A stretch of DNA of 64,000 nt from Eledone cirrhosa (Eukaryota): NCBI GenBank assembly GCA_964016885.1, contig OZ024742.1, positions 297,290,001 through 297,354,000 on the forward strand, in the 5' to 3' direction. Under the pieces are notes generated by a model. It worked only from the letters and a program-made list of their open reading frames with translations. It was not told the origin of the DNA and did no database searches. Position 1 is the stretch's first letter; every line of letters begins with the position of its first letter. Positions 25,960 through 41,522 of this stretch are shown here, one piece after another. Position numbers and translations under genes: made by a program.

Positions 25960-28900
25960 TGGGAGGAAAGACAGACAAAACTATTAACAGAGAATACTGA
26001 TGTTTGGCAAGAATGAAAGAATTCTAAAATATTTATAACATGCTGTCCTCCTTTTTGTTTGACATTTGTCTTCCATGGATGCTAAGTATACATTTTAGAA
26101 TGGTTTTGACCAATCCCTAAATGTAGAAAAACAGTGTTTTCTTCTAAAATAAATACTCTAGATATATTAACATCTTATTTATGTGGAATTTGAAGTTGGT
26201 GGAAATCATCAAAATATTGACCCCAAATATAAGCCAACCCTCCATTTGACCATTGATTTTCTTATCACATATTCCTCGACTTATATTTGAGCATATACAG
26301 TAAGTATATGTTCTGTAATATTTATAAAATTGTATAAGGGTTTTACAACAAAATATGAGAAACATTACCATACATACACAGTCTGTTATTATTATGTACA
26401 TTAGAAATATTATCCATAATTTCTATAATATCAATGATAAATATCACACCTGTGTGGTTCCTTTTCTGAAATGAAAGACAACTTTTTATTATAATATCTA
26501 ACATAAGTTTTGAAAGATTATATATGGAGGAGGTATTACAATGTAGCAGAACAGTTCTATATGTCTAGTAATTAATAAGTTTCTTAAAACATTTTGTAAA
26601 ACATCATCTGTATTACCATCATCATCATTATTTTATCATTTGTTTTTCCATGTTCACATTACTTAGATGTGTCCTCTTCAGTATAGTGTCTTTCTGCTAG
26701 TTTCTTTCCTTTGACATTTCTTTTGCAAGGTTTAGCATCCTGAAATCAGCTTTCACTACTTCTCCTTATGTCTTCCTTGGTCTTCTGTGAACTCCTGGCT
26801 CTTTGTTACCTGTCATCATCCGTATGCATTATATGCCTTTACCAGTACACTAATATAATTTCTCTGATAGCCAGTTTTTCTTTCCACTCATCTGTGCTGC
26901 CGTTCATGGCCCCTAACATTATACATCACTTATTCTAGATAATTACAATGCAGAGACACTGGAACATTAGCATACATCAGTGTAAAGTCTAGAAGGATGT
27001 TAACTGAGAATGTAAAGAGAAACAACTTTACACCACAAGGCATTTTGTCTGATGTTCTAGAAATTATGTTATCTACCACTATCAAAATAATATTAAAGCT
27101 TTCTATCATAGATGTGGGCTCAAGATATAGGAGAGGGATTGATAGTTGATTACATTAATTGTTGTACTCTTGTAGGCAATCGATTTTGCAGAGTTGTTAG
27201 AAGATTAGATATTCTTTCCAAGTCACAGCATTTCAAGTTAAAATCCTGCCATGGTTCACTTTGTCTTTCATCCTTTCAAGGTCTATAAAAAAAGCAATAT
27301 CACCAACATTTGAACTCAGAAAAATAAAGGGACCTAACACTTTTGATACCAAATTTCCTGATGTGATGATACAAACTGTTTGTGTTCATATTTATCTAAA
27401 TATCCTCTATCATAATTGTATGTAAGAACCCTTGTTAAGTTATTTTACAAACATTAATTTGGCAATGAGAAAATTATTTGTATTTTTAAATCCCCTCAAA
27501 TTCTTGATTATTCAAAAAGAAATATTTGAAAATCATAGGCAGACATTCAAAAGAAATCTTGTTAAGAAAGTTTTAATAAAATACTAATAATTGTTTCTAC
27601 TTCAGGCACAAGGCCAGCAATTACCCAGTGCATTACTGGTACTTTATTTTATCGACCCCGTAAAGATGAAAGACAAAGTCAACCTCGGCGGGATTTGAAC
27701 TCAGATCGTAAAGGGACGCAACTATGCTGGAAAGCATGGCGTCCGACCCTCTACCGATACTGCCAATCCATAATAATGCTATGGAAATTATCAGTAATAT
27801 CATTACTAATACTACTGATAATTACTATCGTTATATTATTCTATAATAGAGCTAGAATTCATGACTAAATTATGTTATATTAAGTGGATAAAACCAAGTA
27901 AAACAAAGAAATGAAACTATGATGGAAAGGGAGGTAATATAGAAAGGTAATGAGGTGATGACAGGGGCATTAATGAAGATGGCAGCTGTAGAAAAAAAGG
28001 AAGGAAGTGTGTCCTATAAATCATCTAAGATGTTATTAATTTAAAGTGTCAAAATAAGTAGAGTAATTAGGAAGAATTCATTTATAAATGACACAGCTGA
28101 ATAACTGGTTTTGCATAAGATATTCTACCACTTATAATATACTTTGCACAGCACAGGTTTGTCATTGGTAATACTATCTGCTTATCACAAATTCGAACAG
28201 GAGAAGATGAGATTTGAACTCAGAATGCACAGAGTTGGATCAGATACTGTAAAAAAACCCATATGACACTTAACAATTTCACTAATCCACTGCCACTGGA
28301 CAGGTACTTATTTTACTGACCCTGAAAAGATGAAAAGTGCAGTTGGCCTTGGCAGGATTTGAATTCAGAGTGTAGAAAATTAGAAGACACTTACACAAAT
28401 CCACACATCATGGCAAAAATTTAATCATTTTGTTAACATATTTCTAATGAAAACACTATTATTTTCAAATAATTTTGAATATAATCAATAATTTGAAGGG
28501 ATTTAGTAAACAATAATTTGCTGAAATTTAATAAATTTTCCCATTATTAACCTGGTGTTTGAAATATAACTTGACACAAAGTTCTAACAAAAGTGTTGAT
28601 GGAAAATGTTTAGATAAATATAAACACTTTAAAATAAATAGTTTTGTATCATGAATCAAAAAATGGTTTCATGAAAAAGTTACATTAAATCCCTCCAAAT
28701 TCTTGATTATTTAAAAAATGATTTGAAAATTATAGATAATGTCTTTCATTAGAAATATAGTAATAAGAGAGTTAAAACGAAATAAATAATAAAATCCTGA
28801 ACAGTGTGTTGTATTGCATGTCACACTCTACCAATTTTGTCAATCTGCTTGCTTTGTTGTTTTTGTAAATAATATTAAAAGATTTTTGCGTTTTTTTATA

Positions 28901-31515
28901 TTTCGGAATATTTGTTATCTTCTATTCATATTTCCTGAATTAAACAATAAAATCCTTAAAGAAAATAAAGTTGAATTATTTATAAGTCAAAAATTAATTG
29001 CTAACTAACTAATGGTTTCATACTGCTTTACTGGTTCCAAACAGTAGATTGCGGACATGCATAATATATTATTTATAATAATGAATTTTATTTTCATCTG
29101 CTTTAATATAATATAAGTATTTCTCAGAGAGTATTAATGATATAGCAGCAGATGGTCTTACTTCATCCAGGAACCTATTCAAACACTAATGCCATAAGAG
29201 CATTCTCTTCAGTTATGAAATATTAGTGAATGTTATTATTAAAGACAGAGTTAAAATTATATTCAAGGTGTGTCATGCTATTTAACAGATTTAGAGGATT
29301 ATTTTGATTTAAAATTCTATGTTTGGCATATGACTAGTGGAGGTGGCACCACGTTTGCTATTTAATTACTATTTACTGAGAAATAATCAATAAATAATTA
29401 TAGGAAAAGGCAGGGATCCATCTCTTCCAATCTAAAATATTTATGCTTTCTAATCATTAAATTATATTTAATGTACTTAGCCATAATTAGTAAAATTGGG
29501 AGAATATAAATTTCAAACTTTATAAGCAATTCAAATAAAGGGCTTAATCCTCTATGGTTACCATAATATTCAATTATGCTGATATAATATTCAGGTGTCA
29601 CAGCACATTAAGAAGATTAATATGTTTCAGTATGAATAAGGAAGTGATCGGGGAAAAGTGTCATTCTAAAAGTGTAGGCATATTTACATTAAATATTCTA
29701 CATACAGCTTGTACTGTGAGACATTCTCTTCATCACCTTCTGACAGTATTGCTCCCTCCAGTGGGAACAAGCAGTATTGATGCTCTGAGGACATAACCTG
29801 GTTACTTGATCCTGTATGGCTTTAAAGAATGTACTGGCTTCATTTTATCATCGTTCCAACATTGAAGGTGTTTGCCTTGCTCTTACATAACAAATAGCTC
29901 CTTTCCACTGGATGTTGTCTCTTCTTTCAACACAAACACGCCTGAAAGTGTACAAAACAGCTAGATACATATATAGTAAATGCCAGATGACCTTCAAGGA
30001 CACATAATGTAATAGTTACTGCTATTGTTGTTGTTATTTAAGTAGAGGTTAACCCTGATCAAACAGACCTCTTATCAAAGATATTTTGGCAGTGACCATT
30101 TTACTTTGTCTGTTTTTGTTTTTAGTGTATTCTAACTGATTAGATTACTTTGTAGATTCTCCCTTAAATTCTTATAAGGTGCGTGAAGGTAACATTTGTT
30201 AAACAACCAAGAAAGCAAAAGTGACATAATGAAGTTAAAGTTAAAACCTGTCCCAAGCTAAGAGGCTCATCAGTTCATAGCTTATTCAAATTTCATTGCC
30301 AGTTCATGACAAGTTTACTTCCCAGCAACTACTCATTTTTCAGCTGAGTGGATTGGAGAAACATCATTATCATCATTATCATCAATGTTTAACATCCATT
30401 GTCCATGCTAACATTGGTTAGAGAGCTGTGAGACAAGCCAAGTCAGAGGACCATGTTTTGCTCACACAGAACCGATTGTTTTCTACAGCAGGATGCCTTT
30501 CCTAACACCAACCACATTTACAATGAAATGTTTTGCACAAGGACACATGTCTCCTGGTCCAGGAACTCAACCCATGAACTTATGATAGTGAGTCCAACAC
30601 CCTAACCACTTTGTCATATAGCTTCATAGCTTCAGAAATGTAATATACCAAATTGAAGAAATAAAAATATTATATAAGGAGATAAGTTACGTCCCTATAC
30701 AGTCTGAGTTCAAATCCCGCCGAGGTTAACTTTGCCTTTCATCCTTACGGAGTCGATAAAATAAAGTACCAGTAATGTACTGGGTAATTGCTGACCTTGT
30801 GTCTAAAGTAGAAACAATTATATAAGGAGATAAATAATAGCATATAATAAAATTAGAGAGAAGTGAACGAAGGGTTTTTAGATATTCAAATTATATTCAA
30901 ATTATACTTGGAGTGAGGTGAAGAATCCTTAATGAAATTATTACTTCTAATCAAGAAATGCTGGAGTGACAACCCAGAAATCCTATTGAATTTGATGTAA
31001 GTCAAAATTAAATTAAATTAGATCATTTACGATACAGTCTGAAGTTTGAAATTCATACAAAACATTTCTTTGATACAAATTTCAGAGAATGCCCAGATGA
31101 AAATAACTATATTTAATACTGCTTTAAGAATTACTTAAATGTTGGACCATTCCTATATAATCCCTTAGTCAGGAGAAAAAGCTGTACTCAAGACACATTT
31201 CAAGATTTCTGAGTTTGATGGAAGGTAAAGGAAGAATATATACTGAATGCTTTCATTAGATTTGACCTTCCGTTGCACCCAAAAGCTAGGTAGGGATGTT
31301 AAATGAATTTAAATTCAGAGTAAAGACAGTTAGAACAAATACTGGAAATTATTTTGTCCTACACTCAAACATCATCATCATTATCATCGTTTAACATCCA
31401 TCCTCCATGGGTAGGACTAACACATCTGTCAATGAGGTGTCTAATTACTGTTTGTTCAATAGAATGGATAATCATTTAAATTTTAATGTATATTCCTGGT
31501 GCTGAAACTAGTTGA

Positions 31516-31760
31516 AAGAATCAGATATATATTTCCTCTCTCCTGATCCATAGCCAACACAAAGTTCTTTCTACTGCTTCTACCATCTTGGTAGCTACTG
31601 CTTTCTCTCTACCTGCCATTCCAATGGAAAATATTCAGTGTCATTGGAATGACAGTAAGAGAGAAGAAAGCAGCAGCTCACATGATAGGGAAGTTAATAG
31701 AAAGACTCTTTTATTGGTTATGGACTAGAAGCTTGGAAGAAAAAATAGACTATTGATTCA
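31516..31760. repeat. Long imperfect inverted repeat (old fold-back)
   Basis: Nested pairs TCCATAGCCAA/TTGGTTATGGA, TCTTTCTA/TAGAAAGA, AGCTACTGCTTTC/GAAAGCAGCAGCT and CATTCCAATG/CATTGGAATG. Confidence 0.7.
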
Positions 31761-32299
31761 GCTGCCATTGCTGACCCGCAAATGAGAGGTTGTTATAGTT
31801 GAGGGTTGAAACCCAATGTATGTTGGACATCATCTGATGACATCAATTTCTCCAGGCCAAGGCTATATTCACTAAAGATGAATGAATGGGAAACATTTTC
31901 TTCAAGATGTAATTATCCTTTCTTATATATATTTCAAATTGAAAATAAATAATATAAAAGGAAACACACTCATAATGCTGAATTTATAATCTTAAAAAAT
32001 TCTATTAAAATGAAGCTACATAGAAAATACTGATTATTAGAATTATGAATTAAAATAGAAATTTATTTTATGCACACACAATTATTCAAATACTAAAATT
32101 CTCAAAAGCTTTGAAATAGAACATTTAAAGATATTCATGAAGACATACGTACATTGACAAAATTATAAAAGTACATGTATTCAACAATATGTATTCACAC
32201 ACCCACACACATGTATGTACATATGTATGTAATGTTTGTATGTATGCATGATATATGTAATGTATGTGTGTAAGTATGTAATGTATTGTATGTATATGT

Positions 32300-32333
32300 A
32301 TATAAACATATTTGTATGTATATATATATATAT

Positions 32334-32391
<58 letters not shown>

Positions 32392-32398
32392 ATATATT

Positions 32399-32447
<49 letters not shown>

Positions 32448-32620
32448 CCACCTTTGCAAGCAGGGTAAAGCGGACGTAAAATGAAATGAAAAATGATGAT
32501 GATATATATATATATGTATATATATATATTTTTATCCTTATCGAACCCTCTTTTGATTTTATTATTATTATTACTATATATATGTATATATATATTTATA
32601 TATATATAAATATATATGCA
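32300..32620. repeat. (TA)n tract containing a roughly 60-bp RTE 3' tail (32444-32503)
   Basis: ...GCGGACGTAAAATG...GATGATGAT resembles the 3' end of the intact RTE. Confidence 0.8.
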
Positions 32621-34079
32621 AATGCTGGCACACATCTTTAATATTTATTCTTAGGTTAATTTATACACGCAAGCATCCACCCACACACAAACACTCACAT
32701 ATACATGCACACAGATATTTAGATACACATATATATTCGAATAAAGAAAACCTCTTGGGAATTCCTTCTCATGCAAGACTTTGGCAATATGTTTGGTTTC
32801 CTTACTGGTGCAATTATCTTTCCATCCTGATTTTCTGACTGCAAATTGCTTCTATATCTAAAACGTCCATTCTGATTAGAAATTTTATATATGCTTTGAT
32901 GAATTTCAACTGAAATTGAACTTGATATAATTCATCATGATGGTGATGATGAACATCATCGCCATTTTACGAGTGATTTACATGCTGGCATGGGTTGGGT
33001 GGGTTGTCAAAGTCTGAGACTAAATTGTTCCGATGGCATACCTTGCTCATATGTTCCATATTTTGGAATGGTTTCTATGGCTGGGTATCCCTCCATAATG
33101 CCAAGCACCCTGCAGACTGTACTTGGTGAATTTTATTGTGGCACCATCACTGTCACTTTACAGAGTGAATTCGTGTATTCTATTATGTCACAAGCACTAA
33201 CACTTTACAGGGTGTACAGGATGCTTTTTATGGTACCAACTCATCTATTTTACAGAGTGGTATTGATACCAAACCATCTGAAAAGGGGCCTGATTCTATG
33301 ATACTAAACTGTTTATTTCAAAGAGAGTATATTTATCTAAAATGTTTCTATCATAAATTCATGTAAGAACATCCTTTAAGTCATATGACAAAGACAAGCT
33401 TTGAAAATCATAACACCTGTAATGATATCTAGTTCCACATTTCAAAACTTTCATCAAAACTTTCATCAAATTTTATGTAAAACATGCTTGTTAAGTTAGT
33501 TCTACACACCAGCATAATACTTTCCAAATATTTTCCAAATTGTTTGGAAATCATAAGCAGTGTGTTTTATTAGAAATATGATATTGAAAGGGTTAATAAT
33601 GAAATTATTGATTATTTAAAAGTATATTTGAAAATCATTAATGTCTTCCATTAGGTATATGCCATTGAAATGGTTAGAGATATCACCTGTTTATTGAAGC
33701 ATTCATTTATGAAAACCAGGTAGTTCATATAAGAAATGCGTTCTATTATTCTCTATTTTCTTATTTAGATATTGAATTATTAACTTGAGAGGAGTACAAA
33801 TAAAATAAGGATTAAGTTAAAATTTAAACTTGTTATTGCTTTTATTTCTGTTATATTATCACCATGAAAAAATATGACTATTGTTTAGTTTACTCTTATT
33901 AATCATATATATTATCATCATCATAATCACCATTTTATATCCATCTCTTCAATTGTCCTGGCTTTTCATTTTGTCCTCTGTGAGATTCAGTGATTTGAGA
34001 TCAGCTCAGACAATATCTGCCAAGTCTTCCTTGGTTTCCATCTACTACAGCTTCCTTCCACTGGAATTACTTGGCACTT

Positions 34080-34750
34080 CTTCACCCAACACTCACCAGC
34101 CATACTCACCGCATGGTCACACCATCACAGTTTTCTCTCCTGCACACTACATCTAATTCCTCTTATATGGAGCCTCTCTCTCATTTCATCTATGAATTAA
34201 CTTTCTCATTTATGAACATTGCTCATCCATCGAAGCATGCTTGCTTCATTTCCTTCCAGCCTTTGCACTTCTTCCATGTTCACTGTCCATGTCTCACTAC
34301 CATGTAATATTGCACTTCATACACACACATCATAGAGCTGACCTTTCTTTCATAGAGGGAAACCTTTTGCTGTCAACAGAGCTAGGAGCTCTCTGAACTT
34401 TTTTCCATCCTGTTCATATTCTAGTTATTATGCTCGTGATGCAGTCTGCTCTCTCACTAATTTGTTTACCTAGGTATCAACTACTTGCATGGTGCTTTTC
34501 TGGGATTGGAAAAGGCTTATTTTATTTGTGTTCTTACTACTAATTATCTCTGTGCATCTACCACATACGAAGGTTACCGTTTCTGTAAGTCTGCCTACCA
34601 TACACCTCTTGTGTATCCAAGATTTACATTGTGTGCATTGTATAGTGTTACTACCTACACCTTTTCTACATATGGAGCAGGGTCACTTTCATGATAGGAT
34701 CAGTGTTTGGTCTTCTTTCTTGGTTACCAGAATCTTAGATTTTCTCAACT
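34080..34750 (-). pseudogene. Degenerate RTE LINE fragment (zinc-finger and C-terminal region)
   Basis: Colinear similarity to about 42540-43200 (CCTACACCTTTTCTACATATGGAGCAGGGTCACTTTC). Confidence 0.75.
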
Positions 34751-35650
34751 AGTAAATATTAATTACCATATTTCTTTATTCCTTAGGTATCTGTTCAATA
34801 GCTACAAACTTTTATATTTGATGTAGATTTCATTTTTCATCCCTCTCTCTCTCACTCTCTCTCTTTCTTACTCTCTCTCCACCTTTAAGGTCTGTCTGCT
34901 TTCTATGAAATCTAGTTTAGGAAACACACCTGATCTGCACTATGTTCCGGTCTTATTGTTATGTTTCCCCTCTTACTATTTATCTATTACCCCCTCTCTC
35001 TCTTTCTCTCTTTCTCTCTTTCTCTCTCCCATAGTTTCTTGCTCACTCTTGCTCCAACCATTACCAGTTCTTACATAGAGAGAATTATTACTATATCTTT
35101 ATTGGGGATCGTAGTTTCTTATCATCTCTGTCTGTTAAAGCTTAAATAAAAGGGCTCATATAGGTTTTAAGCTGACATTTACTGGTATTGCTATAGTTAT
35201 TATCATCAAATTTATTAATATCATGTCTATTGATATCTGTCTATTGGCAACAAACCTTTAGCTTTGACATGCAATGTAGAAAACTTGCCAACAATAAAAG
35301 GGTTAAGAGGACTGCATAGTTATGTCGAATTCATGGAGAGCTCCCTAGTGCTGTTGCCATGAGAAAATACACTCAGTAAAGTTTGGTAATGTATATAAGT
35401 AGAATACAAGGTCATAGCTCCAATTAAGTAAAGATTTGGCTTGTGATGACCTGTCTAATCCTTGCTAGCAGGAAAAACGACATTAGATGATGATGATACT
35501 TATCCATTTCTTCTCTCATCTTTCTCTGAAGTCTATCTGCTTGTGTCTGAAAAGACACATCAAATCAGTATTAATGTTTTTAGCATTATTTCTCTCTATA
35601 TTCACACACACACACACACTTACATATACACATGAACACAAAGCACAAAC

Positions 35651-35743
<93 letters not shown>

Positions 35744-38700
35744 TTGAGAGCTAAAATAATGGGGTTCAGATAAGTGTTAAGTTAATAATTATTGGTATTG
35801 CTAATATTAGTATTATTGTTAATCATCACATTTATTGATATCATATTCATTCATATCTTTTCAATAATATCTACGTATTCCTTACACACACTTACCTTGA
35901 TGTGTAAATACCTTTATATTCTTACACCCTTCCTTCTCATCTTTCTGTGAGGTTCAGAAATAATTCAGGATCTATTTTCTATTTAATTCCATTTGATGAA
36001 AATGTCAAATCAGTAGTAATCATGACATGTATCGCCAGCCACCATTACCCCAGACCTGTTAGTCTACTGCAAACTTCCCCCTTCACTCCTAGCAAACTAT
36101 ACATTACAAATAAATCAACAAGATTACTGCAAGCTCCCTCTCTACCGTGCCATGCCAAGAACCTTTAACAGCAATATGAAGAGATGTTATCCATAATAAA
36201 ATCAACCCGACTAGGAGTGCAATAACTCTGAATGAAATTCTGCACAGGAAGATGAGGACTAGACAATAACAAGGAAAGCTGTAATTCTGAAAAGAAAATG
36301 TGCTTGGGGAAGATGTGAACTCACAAGCCTCAAAGAAAGCAATGAATTTGGAGGAACAGTAAATTTGAAAATAAATTTGCATGAAAGCAGCGGGGATTCT
36401 GCAGTCTACAGCGAATACAAGACATTTAAGAGAGTAGTAGCTCTGAATAAAACTCAGTCTAGAGGGAACACTTTATTGCTAATACTTAGCCTCTTTTGTG
36501 CTGGGGGCATGATAGAATGTACCCAATTCATGCTGTAAAGTGCTTGTTTACAGGAAAGGCATTCAATATAACCTTTCCAAATCCTAACAGACACTAACTA
36601 TATTGTGCTGTACATGGTAGTGGTGGTATTCAGGTAAGAACAAGTAGTCATGTGTGAATGACACCTGAGCATCATCAAAGGAAAGGAAAAGAACCAATTG
36701 TCAGATCAGACTAAGGAAACTATGTTTCTATTGGTCTTTCCATTGCTAATACAATCTACTGGTTGCAACTCATGTAAGGAAGGGGTAATATTTGAACTCA
36801 GAAAACATAGAGTCGGATCAGATACTGCAAAGCAGCATATCTGACTCTAACAATTCTGTCAATCTACTGACCTTCATTGGTATGTATTTTTATGTGTGTA
36901 TGGTCTTGTAACTCCTGTTAAAGTCATAGGGGTGCCATATTGACATATGGTGTTTCTTGGGCATTTTAAGCCAGGTGGAGCCCATCCCTCTCCAGGTCTG
37001 AGTACAGCGAATTTCTTCCAGAGAGAGGAAGAACCGACTCCAGTACTAGAATGGTACATTTTTAACAATCTAGAAAGGATGAAAGGCAATGCTGACCTCG
37101 GCAGGATTTGAATTCAGAGAGCAGAGAGCTAGAACAAATGCCATAAAGCATTCTATCCAACGTTCTAATTTGCTTCCTATATAGTATGTGTTTATAAATC
37201 TCAAAATGCTGAAACGCAAAGTTAACCTCGAATAGATTTGAATGCAGGACACAGAGAACCAGAACAAAAAGGCATTTAACCTGCTACAAAAACAAATCTC
37301 CCAATTCACCAACTTTTGTAACAAGGAAGGAAGCAGAAAGTAAGGTGATGAGACGATCAGAGCTTTTTTTTCCACTTTTTTTACTATTCAAATATTTCTT
37401 GGTTCATCTCATCCGCATGAATCATTAATTACCAGTTAATAACATCATTAAAGAAAGAATTCCCTAGATGTAATAATTTAGACATTAGCAAATGATTGGA
37501 AGGTCAATAGATAAATAATATTTTGTTAAAAGTATGAATCTTGGAGGTGGGGAATATGGTTAAAATAAATTATATTAACATAAGATAAATGAAATGGGAA
37601 TAAAAACGAAACTGGGAAAGAACATAATTCTTGTAGTTAAAGATTGTGGGGTTAAGACGAATAAGATACTTTTATTATTCATTTAACATAGTCATACATT
37701 TCCATTAAATTTCTGTAATATTATATATGATATAGTATATTATAATATAATAATCAGCTAACTTGTATGTAACATATAGTGTGCTAATGCTTTTCTCAAC
37801 TCACCTGCACTCAAACCATTTTTATATAAGTTAAGATTACACAGCAAACATCATCATCTTTTTAATGTATGTTTTTCTACACTGTATGATGTTGGGTGAG
37901 ACATTTTTTATGCTTACCCATACTTTATATTTAAGTGTAATACTAATTATTTACCTATTGAAATGCTACATTGGAGGATATATTCTTTACATAGAAAATA
38001 AACAAGCAACACTGTTGACAAGCAAGAAATAAACACACAAACATGCCTCCATGTATATCGTTGTTGTGTAGGTATCATGACAAAACGCACCCAGTCCACA
38101 CTGTAGAGTGGTCGTATTGGTTACACGGCAAAAAAGCACCCAGTAGTCACTGTAAATGAAGTTGGCATTAGGTAGGGCATCCAGTAGTAGAAACCAAGCT
38201 AAAATCAGTTCTGTATGTGCAAGACAAGGTCACCTGACCTAGCATTGCCCACAACAGGACAACTCGTCTAACCCATGCTAGCATGGAAAAATGCATGTAA
38301 AATGCTGATGATGATATATTGACAATGGTGACACAAGCCCGAAACAGCTGTTAGTGACTTCCCCCTTGTTTCTGCAGGAACAAGGTAGATGGTGCAAATC
38401 ATCACCTTCAAAATTCATAGCTGAAGGCTTTCAAATATTTATTCATAAACATATCATATATTATTCGATATACAAACTTTACATACATGCATGTATACAG
38501 CTATGTTGGAGTGAACAGACACACACACATATATATATATACACACACAGTGGACCCACATCCTACATAGTCAAATGGTTCCTCAATCCTCATCATTATT
38601 CAAATAACATGTGTATTCAAGACTCTTATATAAAAGTGGCTATGTATGTTGATGCGTTGCAAGAAGCATACAATCAGAAAACTCAGGAAACAAGAAACAA

Positions 38701-38850
38701 ATAGCAGTAGTAGAGGGTTGGGTTTTCTCTCTTACATTAGATGATGAAATTTCATGAAGAACAAGAGATTAAAAGTATTCTTACTTCGTAAGATTAAATA
38801 AAATCATATACTGAGTGCAGATATTAAAAACTGCCCTATTTAAAACCACC

Positions 38851-38996
<146 letters not shown>

Positions 38997-40189
38997 CAAA
39001 TGTATGCCACCATGGAAAATGGACATTAAAAGATGATTAAATATTTCATATTTTTGGCTTGGTTTTCTGGCTGGGTGCCTTTCCTATTACCACCCACTTC
39101 ACAACATTTTATCATGCCATCATCACTAGAGTAGGTCATATGTCAGGATTTATGTGTCTCCTCCATACTATATCAGTTTTAATTGAGAGTGGCAGTTCTT
39201 TATGTGCATGTATTTATTTGGAGTTATGGCTCATCTACATGGGCTGCTTTTATTGGCAACTAGTATACCATATAGAGGATAAGGGTTAGAAATGGATTGA
39301 AGTTGTTCAGGAAGTTGTTAATTCTTTTAGGAACTCAGGGTTGTTTTCAAGTATGCATAAGATAAAATATATGAAATATGTATAGGTAATAAATATAGAA
39401 ATAGGGTGCAAAATATTTTCAGAGGATGGACAAAAACCTACTTGTGTTTGTCTTTGAGTTAACCCAGAAGGGTTTGAGCTGGCTCCAACCAGTGAATCCA
39501 TAACAGTGCCAGCAGGGTTCTGCTGATAAAAATGAATCAAATAGGATCTGTTAAATGCATAATGTTACTTTGTGCATTAAAATCAGCATAAAAGATGATG
39601 GTGGGTGAAAAAGGTGAGGATGTTAATGACTACGCTTATGATAATAATGTTGACAATGATGATGACGATAATGATCATCATAATCATGAGATTATTAATG
39701 GGAGTGCTGGCAATGATGATCATGAATACGACAATGACAATGGCTAACAATGCTGGTGAATGTGTGAAATTATTATCAACAGATTTATATAAATACAAAT
39801 AATGAAAAATATATGATTCTTTTGAAGTCAGAAAAAGAAATTATTTTATTCTATAGCAATATATTTCTTTTTACACTTTTAGTACTATCATTAATATCAT
39901 TATTACTTATTTATTTATTTACTATTATTATTATTGCTATTATTATTATTATCATCACTATTATTAAAATTATTATTATTATTAAAATTATTTTTCCCTT
40001 TTGTCTCCAATATGATATACACTGTAATTTATTATATTGATTTCACAGGTTGTATGAGATGGGAAATCTGTGAAATTGGAGTTTCTTTCGTACAGTAAGG
40101 ATAAAAGAGAAATAAACACCATTGTCAGTATTACAATTTCAGTTATTTTCTCTTTTTATTTCTTTTTACCTCACCCAAGAGATGTATTG

Positions 40190-40330
40190 TATGGGATATG
40201 TGTGTATGTGAAGCACTGATTTATCTTCTAATAATCCATGAATATCAAAAGCTGTTGTACCGGCTGTGAGAAGAAATAAGTTGAAGTTGCAAAGTAGCTT
40301 AAATGAGATTATAAAGCAAGTTTCAGATCA
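40190..40330. repeat. Unclassified dispersed repeat abutting (CAT)n-like tracts; copies at about 48355-48505 and 49915-50060
   Basis: Shared TAATAATCCATGAATAT.AAAA...TGTGAAGA...AATAAG...TGCAA.G.AGC.TA.ATGAGATTA.AAGCA. Confidence 0.7.
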
Positions 40331-41156
40331 TGATCACTACCACCACCCACCACCATCATCAACATCTTCATCAACACAACTATTACCATCATCACCACCA
40401 TCACCATCATCCTCATTCTTGTCATCATCACCATCAACTCTACCACCAGCACCACTACCACTTTATTTTTTCCCATGGGAAGTTATGATGTTAGGAAGTC
40501 AAAAGTGTGCTGAATGGAACTGCATGCATTCATGCACATCTGTGGGCTTAAGCGAGGTCACTGGATGCCTCAGTCACAGACAGTGAGCCTGTGTGTGAGC
40601 TGTTGTATTACTTGTCACATTTTCATTTCACCCTTTGCAATCAACAATAATTCTCAGCCTATGTTCATAAGCAAAAAAGCTATAAGCTTGCAGCTTACAT
40701 CGTCTTAGCAACAAGAGAGTAAATCTCTCCAAAGACAGTTGAAATCCAGAAATGGCACCATCAATGTTCTCTCACTTTGTTGCTAAGATAGCAGTGAAAT
40801 GATCACAACTTATTAAAAAAAACATAAACAAATGGGATAAGCTCCAATATACAACCCTATTACATTTCACTCTCTGTCAGTGTGATTACTATGGCTTATT
40901 AATTCAAGGTGTCCAGCTTTTACACTGTATGCATATGAGCATCATCAGCTGATGTTCATAAGCAAAACCTATATGCTTTCAGCTTATTTTGTCTTAATAA
41001 CAAGGGAGTAGATCACTCCAAAGACAGATAAAATCAACATAAAATCAACATATCATATAGTTATATTAGAGGATGGTCATGTTGCCAATATTGCCAATAT
41101 AAAGAAATATAACATATATTTTCATTTTATCTTTATTGTTTGTTATTCATTCGTTT

Positions 41157-41199
41157 GTCAAAGTTCTTTCATCACACATTCTGTGACCTCCTCAATGAC
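41157..41199 (-). ncRNA. Degenerate minimal type-I hammerhead motif
   Basis: guca-UUGAGGA-g-gucaca gaaug ugugau-GAAA-gaac-UU^ugac. U3-G8 wobble and only a 2-nt loop III. AATAAA lies about 20 nt downstream. Confidence 0.4.
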
Positions 41200-41433
41200 T
41201 ATCTGTTTTGTGCCTCCTCTTTTTCTTGGTCTTAAATTTCAGACATGCATTAATATCCAACCCCATTCTGTTTCACACTATATCTGTGCAATTACATATA
41301 TTTACATACATATATATATATATATATGGATGTATATATAATGTATTTTGCAATACACTTTATGCTTAATTAAAAGCATTTTGAAGACCGTATGCTATTG
41401 TTTTAGAGTAGTGACAAATTCACTTACTTTAAT

Positions 41434-41522
41434 CTCAGCAAACAGGGGAGATAAGCGGACAAGGCCTTGTTTCGCATTTATTGATGCTTATCAAGGCTAA
41501 CTACTCCCTCCTGTCTGCTGAG
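41434..41522 (-). ncRNA. Type-I hammerhead ribozyme (U3-A8 variant), inverted copy
   Basis: Reverse complement of 41732-41820. Confidence 0.75.

Noticed and set aside
31805-31850. Type-II hammerhead (GAAAC...GTA...CTGATGA)
   Set aside because: Core boxes are present but stems I and II do not pair convincingly.
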